IMG/VR virus record: IMGVR_UViG_3300037762_000149
Reading direction: 5' to 3' (one strand)
DNA length: 48,298 nucleotides
From: a virus
Shown: positions 1-7,970 of the stretch, piece after piece
Layout: every line of letters starts with the position of its first letter
How positions within the stretch are numbered: the stretch's first letter is position 1
Program-made: the position numbers and the translations under genes
Notes under the pieces: generated by a model
What the model saw: only the letters and a program-made list of their open reading frames with translations
Databases searched by the model: none
What the model was told of the DNA's origin: nothing

Positions 1-127
1 CCGAGCGCAAGATCCCGCAACGCGGCATCCGCAAGCGCGTGCTCGGTGATGGTGAAGGCGACTACTGCATCTACGAGATCGCCGGGCCAGACCTGAATCT
101 GCCCAAGGGCACGTTGGTCCCGATTCC
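1..127. repeat. Exact terminal duplication (copy 1); identical to 48172-48298, so the contig is circular
   Basis: Base-by-base comparison: ccgagcgcaagatcccgcaacgcgg...ggcacgttggtcccgattcc occurs at both window ends, 127 bp with no mismatch. Confidence 0.97.
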
Positions 128-329
128 GACGATCCCGCGGTTCGTCGACACGCAGAAGGCGCTGCAGTGGATCAGGAACGAGAGTGGTGATCTGCTGGCT
201 GGCAAGCAAGTGATGATCTTCCGGGCGTGCGAGATCCTGTCGCTGGTGGTGCAGCAGAAGCCGACCGTGGTGATCCAGAGCAAGCCCAAGGTGACGGTGA
301 CGAAGCCGGAGACGAGCAGTAATGGGTAA
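1..329 (+). CDS. Hypothetical early protein, 3' part of a junction-spanning ORF (134 aa in the closed circle)
   Basis: The frame of the track ORF 39..329 stays open upstream through the junction to ATG 48096, which is preceded by two in-frame TAG stops at 48081 and 48084. Stop is TAA 327-329. No recognisable motif. Confidence 0.55.
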   Translation, partial: ERKIPQRGIRKRVLGDGEGDYCIYEIAGPDLNLPKGTLVPIPTIPRFVDTQKALQWIRNESGDLLAGKQVMIFRACEILSLVVQQKPTVVIQSKPKVTVTKPETSSNG

Positions 330-606
330 CGGCACTGAAGGCACTGACGAGGGCCCGCGCAGGCCACAGGCGCAGGTTGCGACGCCAACCCACGACGAGC
401 TGCGGCGCCGCTTCTTCTACCGGGCACCTCGCGATGAGCAGGCTGCCGCAGATCACCACGCCGTGAGTCATGAGACCTTCGAGCTCGCATGCAAGCTCGT
501 CGTCCTTTGCCCACCCGGCCGCAACCTGTCGCTCGCGCTGACAGCTCTCGAAGACGTGCGCATGCGAGCCAACGCGGCGATCGCCGTGGATGATCCTCGG
601 CCTTGA
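322..606 (+). CDS. Small two-helix protein; candidate Acb2/Tad1-hairpin-like nucleotide sponge (hypothesis only)
   Basis: 94 aa. The ATG overlaps the upstream stop (AATGGGTAA). The motif FFYRAP...CPPGRNLSLALTALEDVRMRANAAIA matches a widespread phage helical-hairpin family as I remember it. Confidence 0.55.
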   Translation: MGNGTEGTDEGPRRPQAQVATPTHDELRRRFFYRAPRDEQAAADHHAVSHETFELACKLVVLCPPGRNLSLALTALEDVRMRANAAIAVDDPRP

Positions 607-661
607 CTGCTGGCCGCTGAGCGGCATCATTCAGGCTCACCCCTAACCCGAGATCGAACAG

Positions 662-925
662 ATGACCGAAATGCGCAAGGTGATGCTCAGCATCGAAGTG
701 GACACGGTGCTCAGCGTCGAAGAGCTCAAGACCCTCCAGGCCCTGGTGTTCGGCCGCATGCGTAGCGACAGCTACGCGAAGGTCAACCGGATGACCATCA
801 AGCACCACATGCCGGCTGGCTTGAACCACGACGTGCGTGGCACCATCGTGCAGGTGCAGGCGAACGTCATGCAGCAAAAGCCGATCGCCAAGGTCAGCAA
901 GCGCAAGGCTCGCAAGGCCGGCTGA
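662..925 (+). CDS. Hypothetical early protein, basic C-terminus
   Basis: 87 aa ORF with a protein-like composition, in series with + strand neighbours. C-terminal KVSKRKARKAG. Confidence 0.55.
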   Translation: MTEMRKVMLSIEVDTVLSVEELKTLQALVFGRMRSDSYAKVNRMTIKHHMPAGLNHDVRGTIVQVQANVMQQKPIAKVSKRKARKAG

Positions 926-939
926 GCGCTGAGGCAACA

Positions 940-1680
940 GTGGGCAAGAAGGCCAGCAAGCCGCCGCCGCTGGCGAACCCTGCCGCGCGCGAGCAGCTCG
1001 AAAGAGCTGCAGCCGCTGCAGGTCTTTCGGTGCCCGAGCTCGCCGATCTCGTGTTCGAAGCCGGGGTCATCCCTCCGAAGGGTCTGGACGGGATCACGAT
1101 CCGCTACACGCTCGAGGAACTCGGCACGCGCATGTGGTGCACGATGCAGACCGTGCCGAAGAGCGACCGCGCGAAGTGGTTCTCTGAGCTCGTGCCGGTG
1201 CAGAAGACGAGCATCATCGTGGTGCTGCGCGACCAGGGTTTCCGCACCGAGGTGATCGCGCGCGACCTGGGGCTCGACCCAACGGAGGTGATGCGCACCT
1301 GGAACACCTACGCGAGCGAGCTCGGCTCGCAGGTGCTCGGCATTCGCCTGGACACGATCGCCGGGCAGCTTCAGCTCGCCAGTGAGCGCTCCCAGGAGCT
1401 GGCGATCAGGAACGGTGACCACTCAGCCTACTGGCGCATCGAGCGCGAGAAGGTCGAGCTGCTGCAGTCGCTCGGCGTGGTCGAGCGCGCGATCCATCGC
1501 AGCGAGGTGACGCACAAGGTCAGTGAGGAGCAGATGGCCGAGATCGAGGCGTTGACCCTGCTTCGACAGAAGCAGGGCAAGCGTCGTCTCGAGATCGAGG
1601 AGCTCAAGCAGCTCGAGGACAAGGGCGATGCCGTGCCGGCCGAAGTGGCCACAGCGGACTACGATGACGATGAGGACTGA
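940..1680 (+). CDS. HTH plus coiled-coil DNA-binding protein; candidate small terminase subunit
   Basis: 246 aa with a GTG start. Two HTH-like segments (LSVPELADLVFEAG; FRTEVIARDLGLDPTEVMRTW), then a coiled coil and an acidic tail ADYDDDED. The architecture fits TerS, but the gene lies 3.4 kb upstream of terL. Confidence 0.5.
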   Translation: MGKKASKPPPLANPAAREQLERAAAAAGLSVPELADLVFEAGVIPPKGLDGITIRYTLEELGTRMWCTMQTVPKSDRAKWFSELVPVQKTSIIVVLRDQGFRTEVIARDLGLDPTEVMRTWNTYASELGSQVLGIRLDTIAGQLQLASERSQELAIRNGDHSAYWRIEREKVELLQSLGVVERAIHRSEVTHKVSEEQMAEIEALTLLRQKQGKRRLEIEELKQLEDKGDAVPAEVATADYDDDED

Positions 1681-1683
1681 GCT

Positions 1684-1959
1684 ATGAGCGACTTCGACGA
1701 CAAGGAGCACCATCAGATCGTTGAGATCCGCTTCAAGGCCACGAACGCGGAGGCGAACGCCATCTGGCTTCGGGTGGTCAACAGTCCTGAGTGGCAGGAA
1801 TACGATGCGCTCGACGACTGCTTGCGATACGGCCACTGGCAGATCCACCTCGAAGGTGTCACGGAAGTGATGCGTCGGGCCGCTGACCGCAAGGTAGCAC
1901 TCAGGGCAAAGCTATCAGCGATGGTCATTCAGTTCGTGAAGGAGGCCGAACTCGAATGA
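1684..1959 (+). CDS. Hypothetical protein
   Basis: 91 aa. The stop overlaps the next start (ATGA at 1956-1959). No motif recognised. Confidence 0.6.
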   Translation: MSDFDDKEHHQIVEIRFKATNAEANAIWLRVVNSPEWQEYDALDDCLRYGHWQIHLEGVTEVMRRAADRKVALRAKLSAMVIQFVKEAELE

Positions 1960-2681
1960 GCATCCTCGCCATCACCCCCTACGCCGGCAGCGAGAATCTC
2001 GTCAGGATGACGGAGCGCATGCTGATGGCGTTCGATGGCTGTCCGACGATGGCCGAGGACGTCATCGCCACCTTCGCCGTCAACAACGCAGCCGTGCGGC
2101 CGGTGAACCATCCGCTCACGTGGCACGCCCACATGGACAAGAACGAGGGCTTCGGCGTGGCGGTGAACCTCGCGATCAAGCGCGAGATCTTCGACATGAA
2201 GAAGAGTGGCTTCCCGACCACGCACACGCACGTGCTGGTGCTGAACAACGACTTGGAGTTCCCTGAGCCGTCATGGCTCATGTCGCTGTTACGCCATCGC
2301 GAGGGTAACCTCGTTCTCTCGCCGTGCACGGACATCACGGCGACGAAGGTCGCCGTAGCGGAGTCCTCACGGGATCTTGATCCCGTGCGTTGGGATCAGG
2401 TCTCAGCGTTCTGCTGGCTCGTGCCGGTGACGACGATCGAGATGATCCGCAAGAAGTTCGGCTTCGAACTCTTCTCGCCCGAGTTCAGCAACTACGGCAG
2501 TGACGACGTCACGGGCGCCGTGCTGCGCAGGCTCGTCGGCCACAAGCCGTTCAAGGTCGTGCCGCGCAGCTTCGTCAAGCACAAGAAGGCGCAGACCGCC
2601 AACGAGCTTGGCGTGAAGGGTGGCACCAAGGAGCTGCTGCAGCGGATCGCCAACTGGAAGCGCATGAGGAGGCTGGCGTGA
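1956..2681 (+). CDS. Family-2-like (GT-A fold) glycosyltransferase
   Basis: 241 aa. Motifs NEGFGVAVNLAI, VLVLNNDLEF and NYGSDDV. ATGA and GTGA coupling to both neighbours. Confidence 0.8.
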   Translation: MSILAITPYAGSENLVRMTERMLMAFDGCPTMAEDVIATFAVNNAAVRPVNHPLTWHAHMDKNEGFGVAVNLAIKREIFDMKKSGFPTTHTHVLVLNNDLEFPEPSWLMSLLRHREGNLVLSPCTDITATKVAVAESSRDLDPVRWDQVSAFCWLVPVTTIEMIRKKFGFELFSPEFSNYGSDDVTGAVLRRLVGHKPFKVVPRSFVKHKKAQTANELGVKGGTKELLQRIANWKRMRRLA

Positions 2682-3244
2682 CCACGGACCCCCTGATGGC
2701 TCGCTTTCAGCGGCTCTGCGGCGAGGAGCATGACATCAGTGAGCACCTCGGGCTCCTGCGCGGACTCGCGTGCGACCCGGAAGTCGGCATGATCGTCGAG
2801 ATTGGGTTCCGCACCGGCGTCAGCGCGACCGCTCTGGCCACCGCCGACAAGCCGCTCCACTGCTACGACATCGAGCCGTGCGCCGTGGCACGTGGCAAGC
2901 TCGCTGCGCTCGCGCCGAGATTCCGATTCCACCAGGGCGACAGCCTCAAGGTCGAGATCCCGGTGTGCGAATTGCTTCATATCGACTCATTGCACACCTA
3001 CAAGCATCTCAGGGAAGAGCTGCGTATCCATGCGCGCTTCTGCCGCAAGTGGATCGCACTTCACGACACGGAGACGTTCGGCAAGATCGGCAAGGATGGC
3101 ACCAAGCCGGGCTTGGTCGCGGCGATCGATCAGTTCCTAAGCGAGAACGAAGGCGAATGGACACGTCACCTGCACCTGACGAACAACAACGGCATGACTC
3201 TGCTTCGGCGGCGCACAATGAGGCCACCGTCTACACCGCTTTGA
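2678..3244 (+). CDS. Class I SAM-dependent methyltransferase (Methyltransf_24/CmcI-like, sugar O-methyltransferase type)
   Basis: 188 aa. SAM motif I IVEIGFRTGVSATAL, then LHIDSLHTY and IALHDTE. Ends NNNGMTLLRRR, a typical family C-terminus. Confidence 0.8.
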   Translation: MTTDPLMARFQRLCGEEHDISEHLGLLRGLACDPEVGMIVEIGFRTGVSATALATADKPLHCYDIEPCAVARGKLAALAPRFRFHQGDSLKVEIPVCELLHIDSLHTYKHLREELRIHARFCRKWIALHDTETFGKIGKDGTKPGLVAAIDQFLSENEGEWTRHLHLTNNNGMTLLRRRTMRPPSTPL

Positions 3245-3837
3245 CGAAGGGCTACGACAAGCGGCCGATGAGCATCAGCGATGAGCCAAAAGTGCTCACC
3301 GAGGTGCGGATTGCGCCTGACGAGATCAAGGAAGGTCGCGAAGGGGTGCTGTGGAACCGCGAACAGAAGATCCTGCATCCGCCGAAGACCGGGCTCTGGT
3401 CGCTATACCTCGACGCCTCCTTCTCTCCGAAGGGTCCGGTGCGCGATTCGGTCGAGACGTGGCTCGAGAAGCACGATGCTGCGATGTTCAGGCATCCGTC
3501 GCGCACTTGCGCCTATGACGAGATCGATGAGTGCGTGAAGGTAGGCAAGCTCACGGCAGTTGAGGGTGAGAAGGCGCGTAGCACGATGATGCTGGCTGGC
3601 TTCCCTCGACACTTTGGCTTGTGGGCTTGCGGCGTGATCGCGCGCCGGGTGCACTGCAACGCACTTCAGATCTTCACGGCACCGCTCTGGTGGCAGTTCG
3701 TGAAGGACCTTCCGCGCGATCAGATTTGGCTGCCGTTCGTGTTGTGGAAGATCAAGGACTCACCGAAGCGCATCTACACCATCGATAAGGACATCTACAG
3801 CAATAAGCTGTTGTCGTTCAGGAGACATGGCTCATGA
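3157..3837 (+). CDS. DUF616-type glycosyltransferase-like protein
   Basis: N-terminal TVYTALTKGYDK resembles the conserved DUF616 vYTaifGgYD start. ATG 3157 is the only canonical start upstream of it, giving an 88-nt out-of-frame overlap with the methyltransferase. ATGA coupling at the 3' end. Confidence 0.7.
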   Translation: MDTSPAPDEQQRHDSASAAHNEATVYTALTKGYDKRPMSISDEPKVLTEVRIAPDEIKEGREGVLWNREQKILHPPKTGLWSLYLDASFSPKGPVRDSVETWLEKHDAAMFRHPSRTCAYDEIDECVKVGKLTAVEGEKARSTMMLAGFPRHFGLWACGVIARRVHCNALQIFTAPLWWQFVKDLPRDQIWLPFVLWKIKDSPKRIYTIDKDIYSNKLLSFRRHGS

Positions 3838-4355
3838 GTAAGTATGTCGAGCGTGGTGCCTACCACTACGCTGAGTTCGATGACTCGACGACGCCTTATC
3901 ACAAGCACGTGATGGATCTCGTGCAGAGGATCAATGTCTTCGTTGAAGGAGATAGGATCTTCGAAGTTGGAGCTGGTGAGGGATTGATCCTGCGCCAGCT
4001 ATCCAGGCTTGGTTTCAGTTGCCTGGGCTGCGACATCGATGGGCGAGCGGTCGAGCTGGCGGTCGAGAAGGGCAACGACGTGAGACTTGGCTCGATCGAG
4101 TCCTTTGAGGCTGGTAGCTACGACGCAGTCCTGATGTGCGACGTGCTCGAGCACGTGGAGGACTTCGACCGGACGATCGAGGCGGCGCAGAAGATGGCAA
4201 AGGTCGTGGTCGTGGCGGTGCCTGACCGCCTCGATCGGCACGCGGTGCGCCAGCACATCGTGGATGCCGTGAGCACGAAGTTCCTGAGCTGGGAGCTGCA
4301 GCACATCGAGCAGCGTCATGCACGCTGGTTGATGATCTTCAAGAACCACAAATGA
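3834..4355 (+). CDS. Class I SAM-dependent methyltransferase (Methyltransf_11/23 type)
   Basis: 173 aa. Motifs IFEVGAGEGL (motif I), CDIDGRAVELA and LMCDVLEHVEDF. Confidence 0.85.
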   Translation: MSKYVERGAYHYAEFDDSTTPYHKHVMDLVQRINVFVEGDRIFEVGAGEGLILRQLSRLGFSCLGCDIDGRAVELAVEKGNDVRLGSIESFEAGSYDAVLMCDVLEHVEDFDRTIEAAQKMAKVVVVAVPDRLDRHAVRQHIVDAVSTKFLSWELQHIEQRHARWLMIFKNHK

Positions 4356-5119
4356 CTGAGCTCACACTGGTCATGGCTGTGTATGGGCAGCCCTTGATGC
4401 TGGCGAAGCAAATAGAGATCATCGGTCACTACTCTGCTGACGTTCGATCAAAGCTAAACGTTGTCATCGTTGACGACTGTGGTGTGCCGAGCGTGTCCGT
4501 GTTGGATGTGGGCTTCACAGCGCCACTCGTGAAGAGCCTCAAGCTCTTCCGCGTCGACAAGGACATTCCATGGAACCAGCCTGGGGCCCGCAACCTTGGC
4601 ATGCATCACAGCGCTGGTTGGTGTCTGATGATCGACCCGGACATGGTGTTCGATGATCCGACGATGCGGCGCATGCTGCAAGCGGCCGAGAAGCTCACGC
4701 GTGGGCGCGCCGTGAAGTATGGGCTCAAGCACGAGAACAGTGGCAAGCTGGATATGACGAGCCCGAACACGTGGTTGCTGCACCGCGACGACTTCTTTGC
4801 GGTTGGCGGCTACGACGAGGACTTTGCTGGAGCGAAGGGTTGGTCTGACGTGCAGTTGCTGGACATCCTGCGCTCGTGCTACAAGGTGGAGAACAGGCCA
4901 GATCTGTGGGCTCACTTCTACGGCACCGACAGCATTCCCGACGCGATGGTGAAGTCGCTCGATCGCAGCACGGCTGCGAACCGGAAGAAGCGGGTCAAGA
5001 AGGTGGCACAGGCTCGCAAGGCTGGTGGCTGGGCGCGGTGGGCCAAGACCGAGAGGGTTGCCGCTGAGCGGCTCCGGTTCCCATGGACACAGCTCTTCCC
5101 GACACCCTCAAAGGATTGA
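4352..5119 (+). CDS. Family-2 glycosyltransferase
   Basis: 255 aa. Motifs VVIVDDCG, NQPGARNLG, MIDPDMVF (DxD) and GGYDEDF. Confidence 0.85.
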   Translation: MTELTLVMAVYGQPLMLAKQIEIIGHYSADVRSKLNVVIVDDCGVPSVSVLDVGFTAPLVKSLKLFRVDKDIPWNQPGARNLGMHHSAGWCLMIDPDMVFDDPTMRRMLQAAEKLTRGRAVKYGLKHENSGKLDMTSPNTWLLHRDDFFAVGGYDEDFAGAKGWSDVQLLDILRSCYKVENRPDLWAHFYGTDSIPDAMVKSLDRSTAANRKKRVKKVAQARKAGGWARWAKTERVAAERLRFPWTQLFPTPSKD

Positions 5120-6816
5120 GCCCTGAGGAGCTTCGCAACTATCGCCTCAAGGAAGAGGTCGATTACTACAAGACGGTTGAAGGGTTCCTCGACTTCGCTC
5201 GCGACTCGGGAGCTGCACCTGACGCCAAGCAGTATCCGCACGGGAAGGGTGCGAACGAGATCCTCAACTGGACGTGGCGACCGGATCCGCAGAGTGAGCG
5301 AGGGATCTTCACCTACAAGCTGCAGCTCTGGCCTCGTGGCTCATTCAAGAGTGCTGTCTTCAATGTAGCCTTGGTCTGCTGGGAGATCGCCAGGAACCCG
5401 AACATCCGCATCTGTGTCGCCTCGGAGACCGGCAAGCAGGCGAAGAAGTTCGTGAAGCAGGCGATGAAGATCATCGACTCGGAATGGTTCCGAGAGCGCT
5501 TCGGCGTGCACAGGGGCAAGGACTGGAAGGAGGGCTCTGGCGAGTTCACGAGTGCGCTGCGCACGATCAAGCACGCGAAGGAAGCGACGCTGCTGGCCGC
5601 TGGCTGTGGTGAAGTGTGGACCGGGTCGCACTGGGACCTGATCGTGATGGACGACGTGGTCAGCCAGGAGAACACGAAGACGATCGATGGCATCCAGTCC
5701 ACGTGGCACTGGTTTGGCGAGATGCTCGCCCAGCTCGATCCAGGCTGCCGCATCCTGATGATCGGCACGCTGCACCATTACGCCGATCTTTACTGCACGA
5801 TCCTCAAGACGAAGTCGATGCGCGATCTCTTCGAGACGAGCATCCACGGCTGGAAGAACCAAGACGGAACACTCTTCTTCCCAGGTCGACTCACTGAGGC
5901 GTTTGTTGCTCAGCAGAAAGCGCTATTGCCGCCGCGCCAGTTCGCCTGCTACTACGAGAACAAGCCGACGACCGATGAAGAAAAGATCTTCAAGGGCAAC
6001 TACTTCCGGGTGATCGAGGATCGCGACATCCCGCAGCACGTCTGGACCTACATCTTCACGGACTTTGCCTTCATCGCTGAGGAGAAGAAGAAGGGCAAGG
6101 CTGACCGCACGTGCTTCTGGGTCGTGTCGATGGACTGCAACCGCGTGGCCTACGTGCGTGACTTCTACGTTGGCCGCTGGAAGCCGAGCGACTCGGTTCG
6201 CATCGCGTGTGACCTGTGGAACCGCTACCAGACGATCGCCGTGCGAGGCATCGTCGTGGAGGACACGACGCACAAGGAGTTGCTGCAGTCGTTGTTCGAG
6301 GAGATCCGGCGTGAAACGTTCATTCGCCCGAAGCTCATCGCGGTGCCAGGCCGCAACCAGGAGATCAAGGAGATGCGCATCGAGGCGAGCGAACCTCGGT
6401 TCCGTGGTGGCCACATCTACTTCGCCCGCAGCCTGCGCGAGCAGCACCGCAAGTGGGCGCCGATGTTCAACGAGATGACCGAATGGCCCTACAGCCAGCA
6501 CGACGACATTCCGGATGCGATCTCGGACATCGACAAGCAGGACAAGGAAGGGCGCATGATCGCGCCGGCCCCGCCGGCCGGGTGGCGAATGGCGACATCG
6601 ATCAGGCAACAGCCGTCGATGGTCGACGGGAAGCTCAATCCCGACTATGGTTTCCCGGCGCGAGACAACATCCGGCGCGACCAGCAAGCAGGACTAGCAG
6701 GCAACCTATGGCTCAACCGATCGGCGGACGATCCGTCCAGCGAGCGCCCAGAAAGCCACCAAGACAGTTTCTTCCGGAGGCCACCGCAGCAGCCCAGGCT
6801 ACCGGGGAGATCCTGA
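5083..6816 (+). CDS. terL: Terminase large subunit
   Basis: 577 aa. Walker A-like LWPRGSFKS, Walker B WDLIVMDDVV, MIGTLHH, and nuclease acidic motifs YIFTDFAF and QHDDIPDAISD. Confidence 0.9.
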   Translation: MDTALPDTLKGLSPEELRNYRLKEEVDYYKTVEGFLDFARDSGAAPDAKQYPHGKGANEILNWTWRPDPQSERGIFTYKLQLWPRGSFKSAVFNVALVCWEIARNPNIRICVASETGKQAKKFVKQAMKIIDSEWFRERFGVHRGKDWKEGSGEFTSALRTIKHAKEATLLAAGCGEVWTGSHWDLIVMDDVVSQENTKTIDGIQSTWHWFGEMLAQLDPGCRILMIGTLHHYADLYCTILKTKSMRDLFETSIHGWKNQDGTLFFPGRLTEAFVAQQKALLPPRQFACYYENKPTTDEEKIFKGNYFRVIEDRDIPQHVWTYIFTDFAFIAEEKKKGKADRTCFWVVSMDCNRVAYVRDFYVGRWKPSDSVRIACDLWNRYQTIAVRGIVVEDTTHKELLQSLFEEIRRETFIRPKLIAVPGRNQEIKEMRIEASEPRFRGGHIYFARSLREQHRKWAPMFNEMTEWPYSQHDDIPDAISDIDKQDKEGRMIAPAPPAGWRMATSIRQQPSMVDGKLNPDYGFPARDNIRRDQQAGLAGNLWLNRSADDPSSERPESHQDSFFRRPPQQPRLPGRS

Positions 6817-7166
6817 CTCAGCGCTTTGGCGCTCAGTCGTGGATCGATCAGGTGGTGACTGCGGTGAAGAACGCGGTGCAGAACGGGATCGAGAACCTCA
6901 GTGGCACAGCGGTCAGCAGCAACTCTCACCCCGGCGATGGCTACCGATTCCAGGCGCGCACGAAGGACGAGCTCCTGCAGTCACAGCAGCTCGCCGCGAT
7001 CGCTCGAGAGGTCGGCCGCAAGGATCGCCCGATGGATCCAGCGGCGCAGTACCTCCAGTCGCTGCCGGTCGACGACAACGGGGTCATCATCATCCCTGGC
7101 GCAGGACGGCCGCATACCGCCCCCTCTTCTCAGAAGGCCAAGCAGCCTGAAGGCTGGATCCTCTGA
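6708..7166 (+). CDS. Hypothetical protein (start uncertain)
   Basis: The frame has good third-position GC from about 6820 onward. Candidate starts are ATG 6708 (109-nt overlap with terL), CTG 6813 (CTGA junction with the terL stop) and GTG 6852. The stop overlaps the next ATG (TGATG at 7164-7168). Confidence 0.45.
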   Translation: MAQPIGGRSVQRAPRKPPRQFLPEATAAAQATGEILTQRFGAQSWIDQVVTAVKNAVQNGIENLSGTAVSSNSHPGDGYRFQARTKDELLQSQQLAAIAREVGRKDRPMDPAAQYLQSLPVDDNGVIIIPGAGRPHTAPSSQKAKQPEGWIL

Positions 7167-7405
7167 TGGCCTTGGAGACCCCAGGCGACACGGTCCTAGT
7201 GCCGTGTCACGGCTGCAAACGAGATGTGATCTTGCCTGCAGGGCCGGTCCGCGCCAACATGCGCGCTGGTCGAGCGGTTGTCGCTTACTGCTCACGCAAG
7301 TGCGAACGTCGACATTCAGCCCGCGAGGGCGCCAAGCAACAGGAGAACAGCCTTGCTCGACATCATCTGTCCCGTGCCGATCAGCAACGTGGAGCTGGCG
7401 CCTGA
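7166..7405 (+). CDS. Small zinc-ribbon protein
   Basis: 79 aa. CHGC...CSRKC four-Cys arrangement. TGATG coupling to the upstream ORF. Confidence 0.5.
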   Translation: MALETPGDTVLVPCHGCKRDVILPAGPVRANMRAGRAVVAYCSRKCERRHSAREGAKQQENSLARHHLSRADQQRGAGA

Positions 7406-7970
7406 CGCCATCACCTCGATAGCGCAGAACACCGACGTTCCGTTCCGCCTCATCGTGATGGTCGACGGCGGGGTCCGGAAGGACTTCGAGCAGCTCGAGA
7501 CGTTCCTCGCCACCTTCGGTCACTCGTGGCAGCTCTTGCACAACAACCCGGCGGTCGGATTGAACCAGACGCTGCGCGAGGGTCTCGACGAGTGCACGCA
7601 GAAGCTGACGGCCATCATCGGTCCGGAGGTCCGTCTCGCCGACCCGCAGTGGTTCGGCAAGGTCCAGGCTGTGTTCCATCGCGATCCCATCTGTGGCATC
7701 GCGGACACGTGGCCGAACACGAAGAGCGCGACGCTGCACCCGGTGCGCCGGGCGCACAACAACCCGACGAGTGAAGGGTGCAGGCTCGTGGTCGTGCAGA
7801 CCGCCTTCGCGAAGAAGACGCCACCGTTCGGCTCGAACGATCCGATGACCTACTGGTCGCGATTCTGCATGAGCAATGGCGGGTCGTGCTGGGCGGTGCC
7901 AAGCGTTCGCTACAGCGAGGTGGAACACTCGCCTCACGAGCTCAGCCGCGTGACGGTCGCTCGTGGCTAG
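7353..7970 (+). CDS. GT-A-fold glycosyltransferase-like protein
   Basis: LLDIICPV...PFRLIVMVDGG and NPAVGLNQTLREGL resemble a GT2 N-terminal half. TTG 7353 is preceded by AGGAGA (7341-7346). The track start at 7278 is the alternative. Confidence 0.55.
   Translation: MLDIICPVPISNVELAPDAITSIAQNTDVPFRLIVMVDGGVRKDFEQLETFLATFGHSWQLLHNNPAVGLNQTLREGLDECTQKLTAIIGPEVRLADPQWFGKVQAVFHRDPICGIADTWPNTKSATLHPVRRAHNNPTSEGCRLVVVQTAFAKKTPPFGSNDPMTYWSRFCMSNGGSCWAVPSVRYSEVEHSPHELSRVTVARG

Noticed and set aside
1-127. Terminal repeat interpreted as a biological direct terminal repeat or LTR of a mobile element
   Set aside because: The length equals a standard assembler k-mer, and the repeat cuts through an ORF that is only complete when the ends are joined. 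This cannot be fully excluded without read data.
71-937. 288-aa - strand ORF (and 172..630, 772..1422) across the early region
   Set aside because: These have the Arg/Ala/Gly/Leu-rich composition typical of antisense shadow ORFs in high-GC DNA. The + strand ORFs are tightly coupled and more protein-like.
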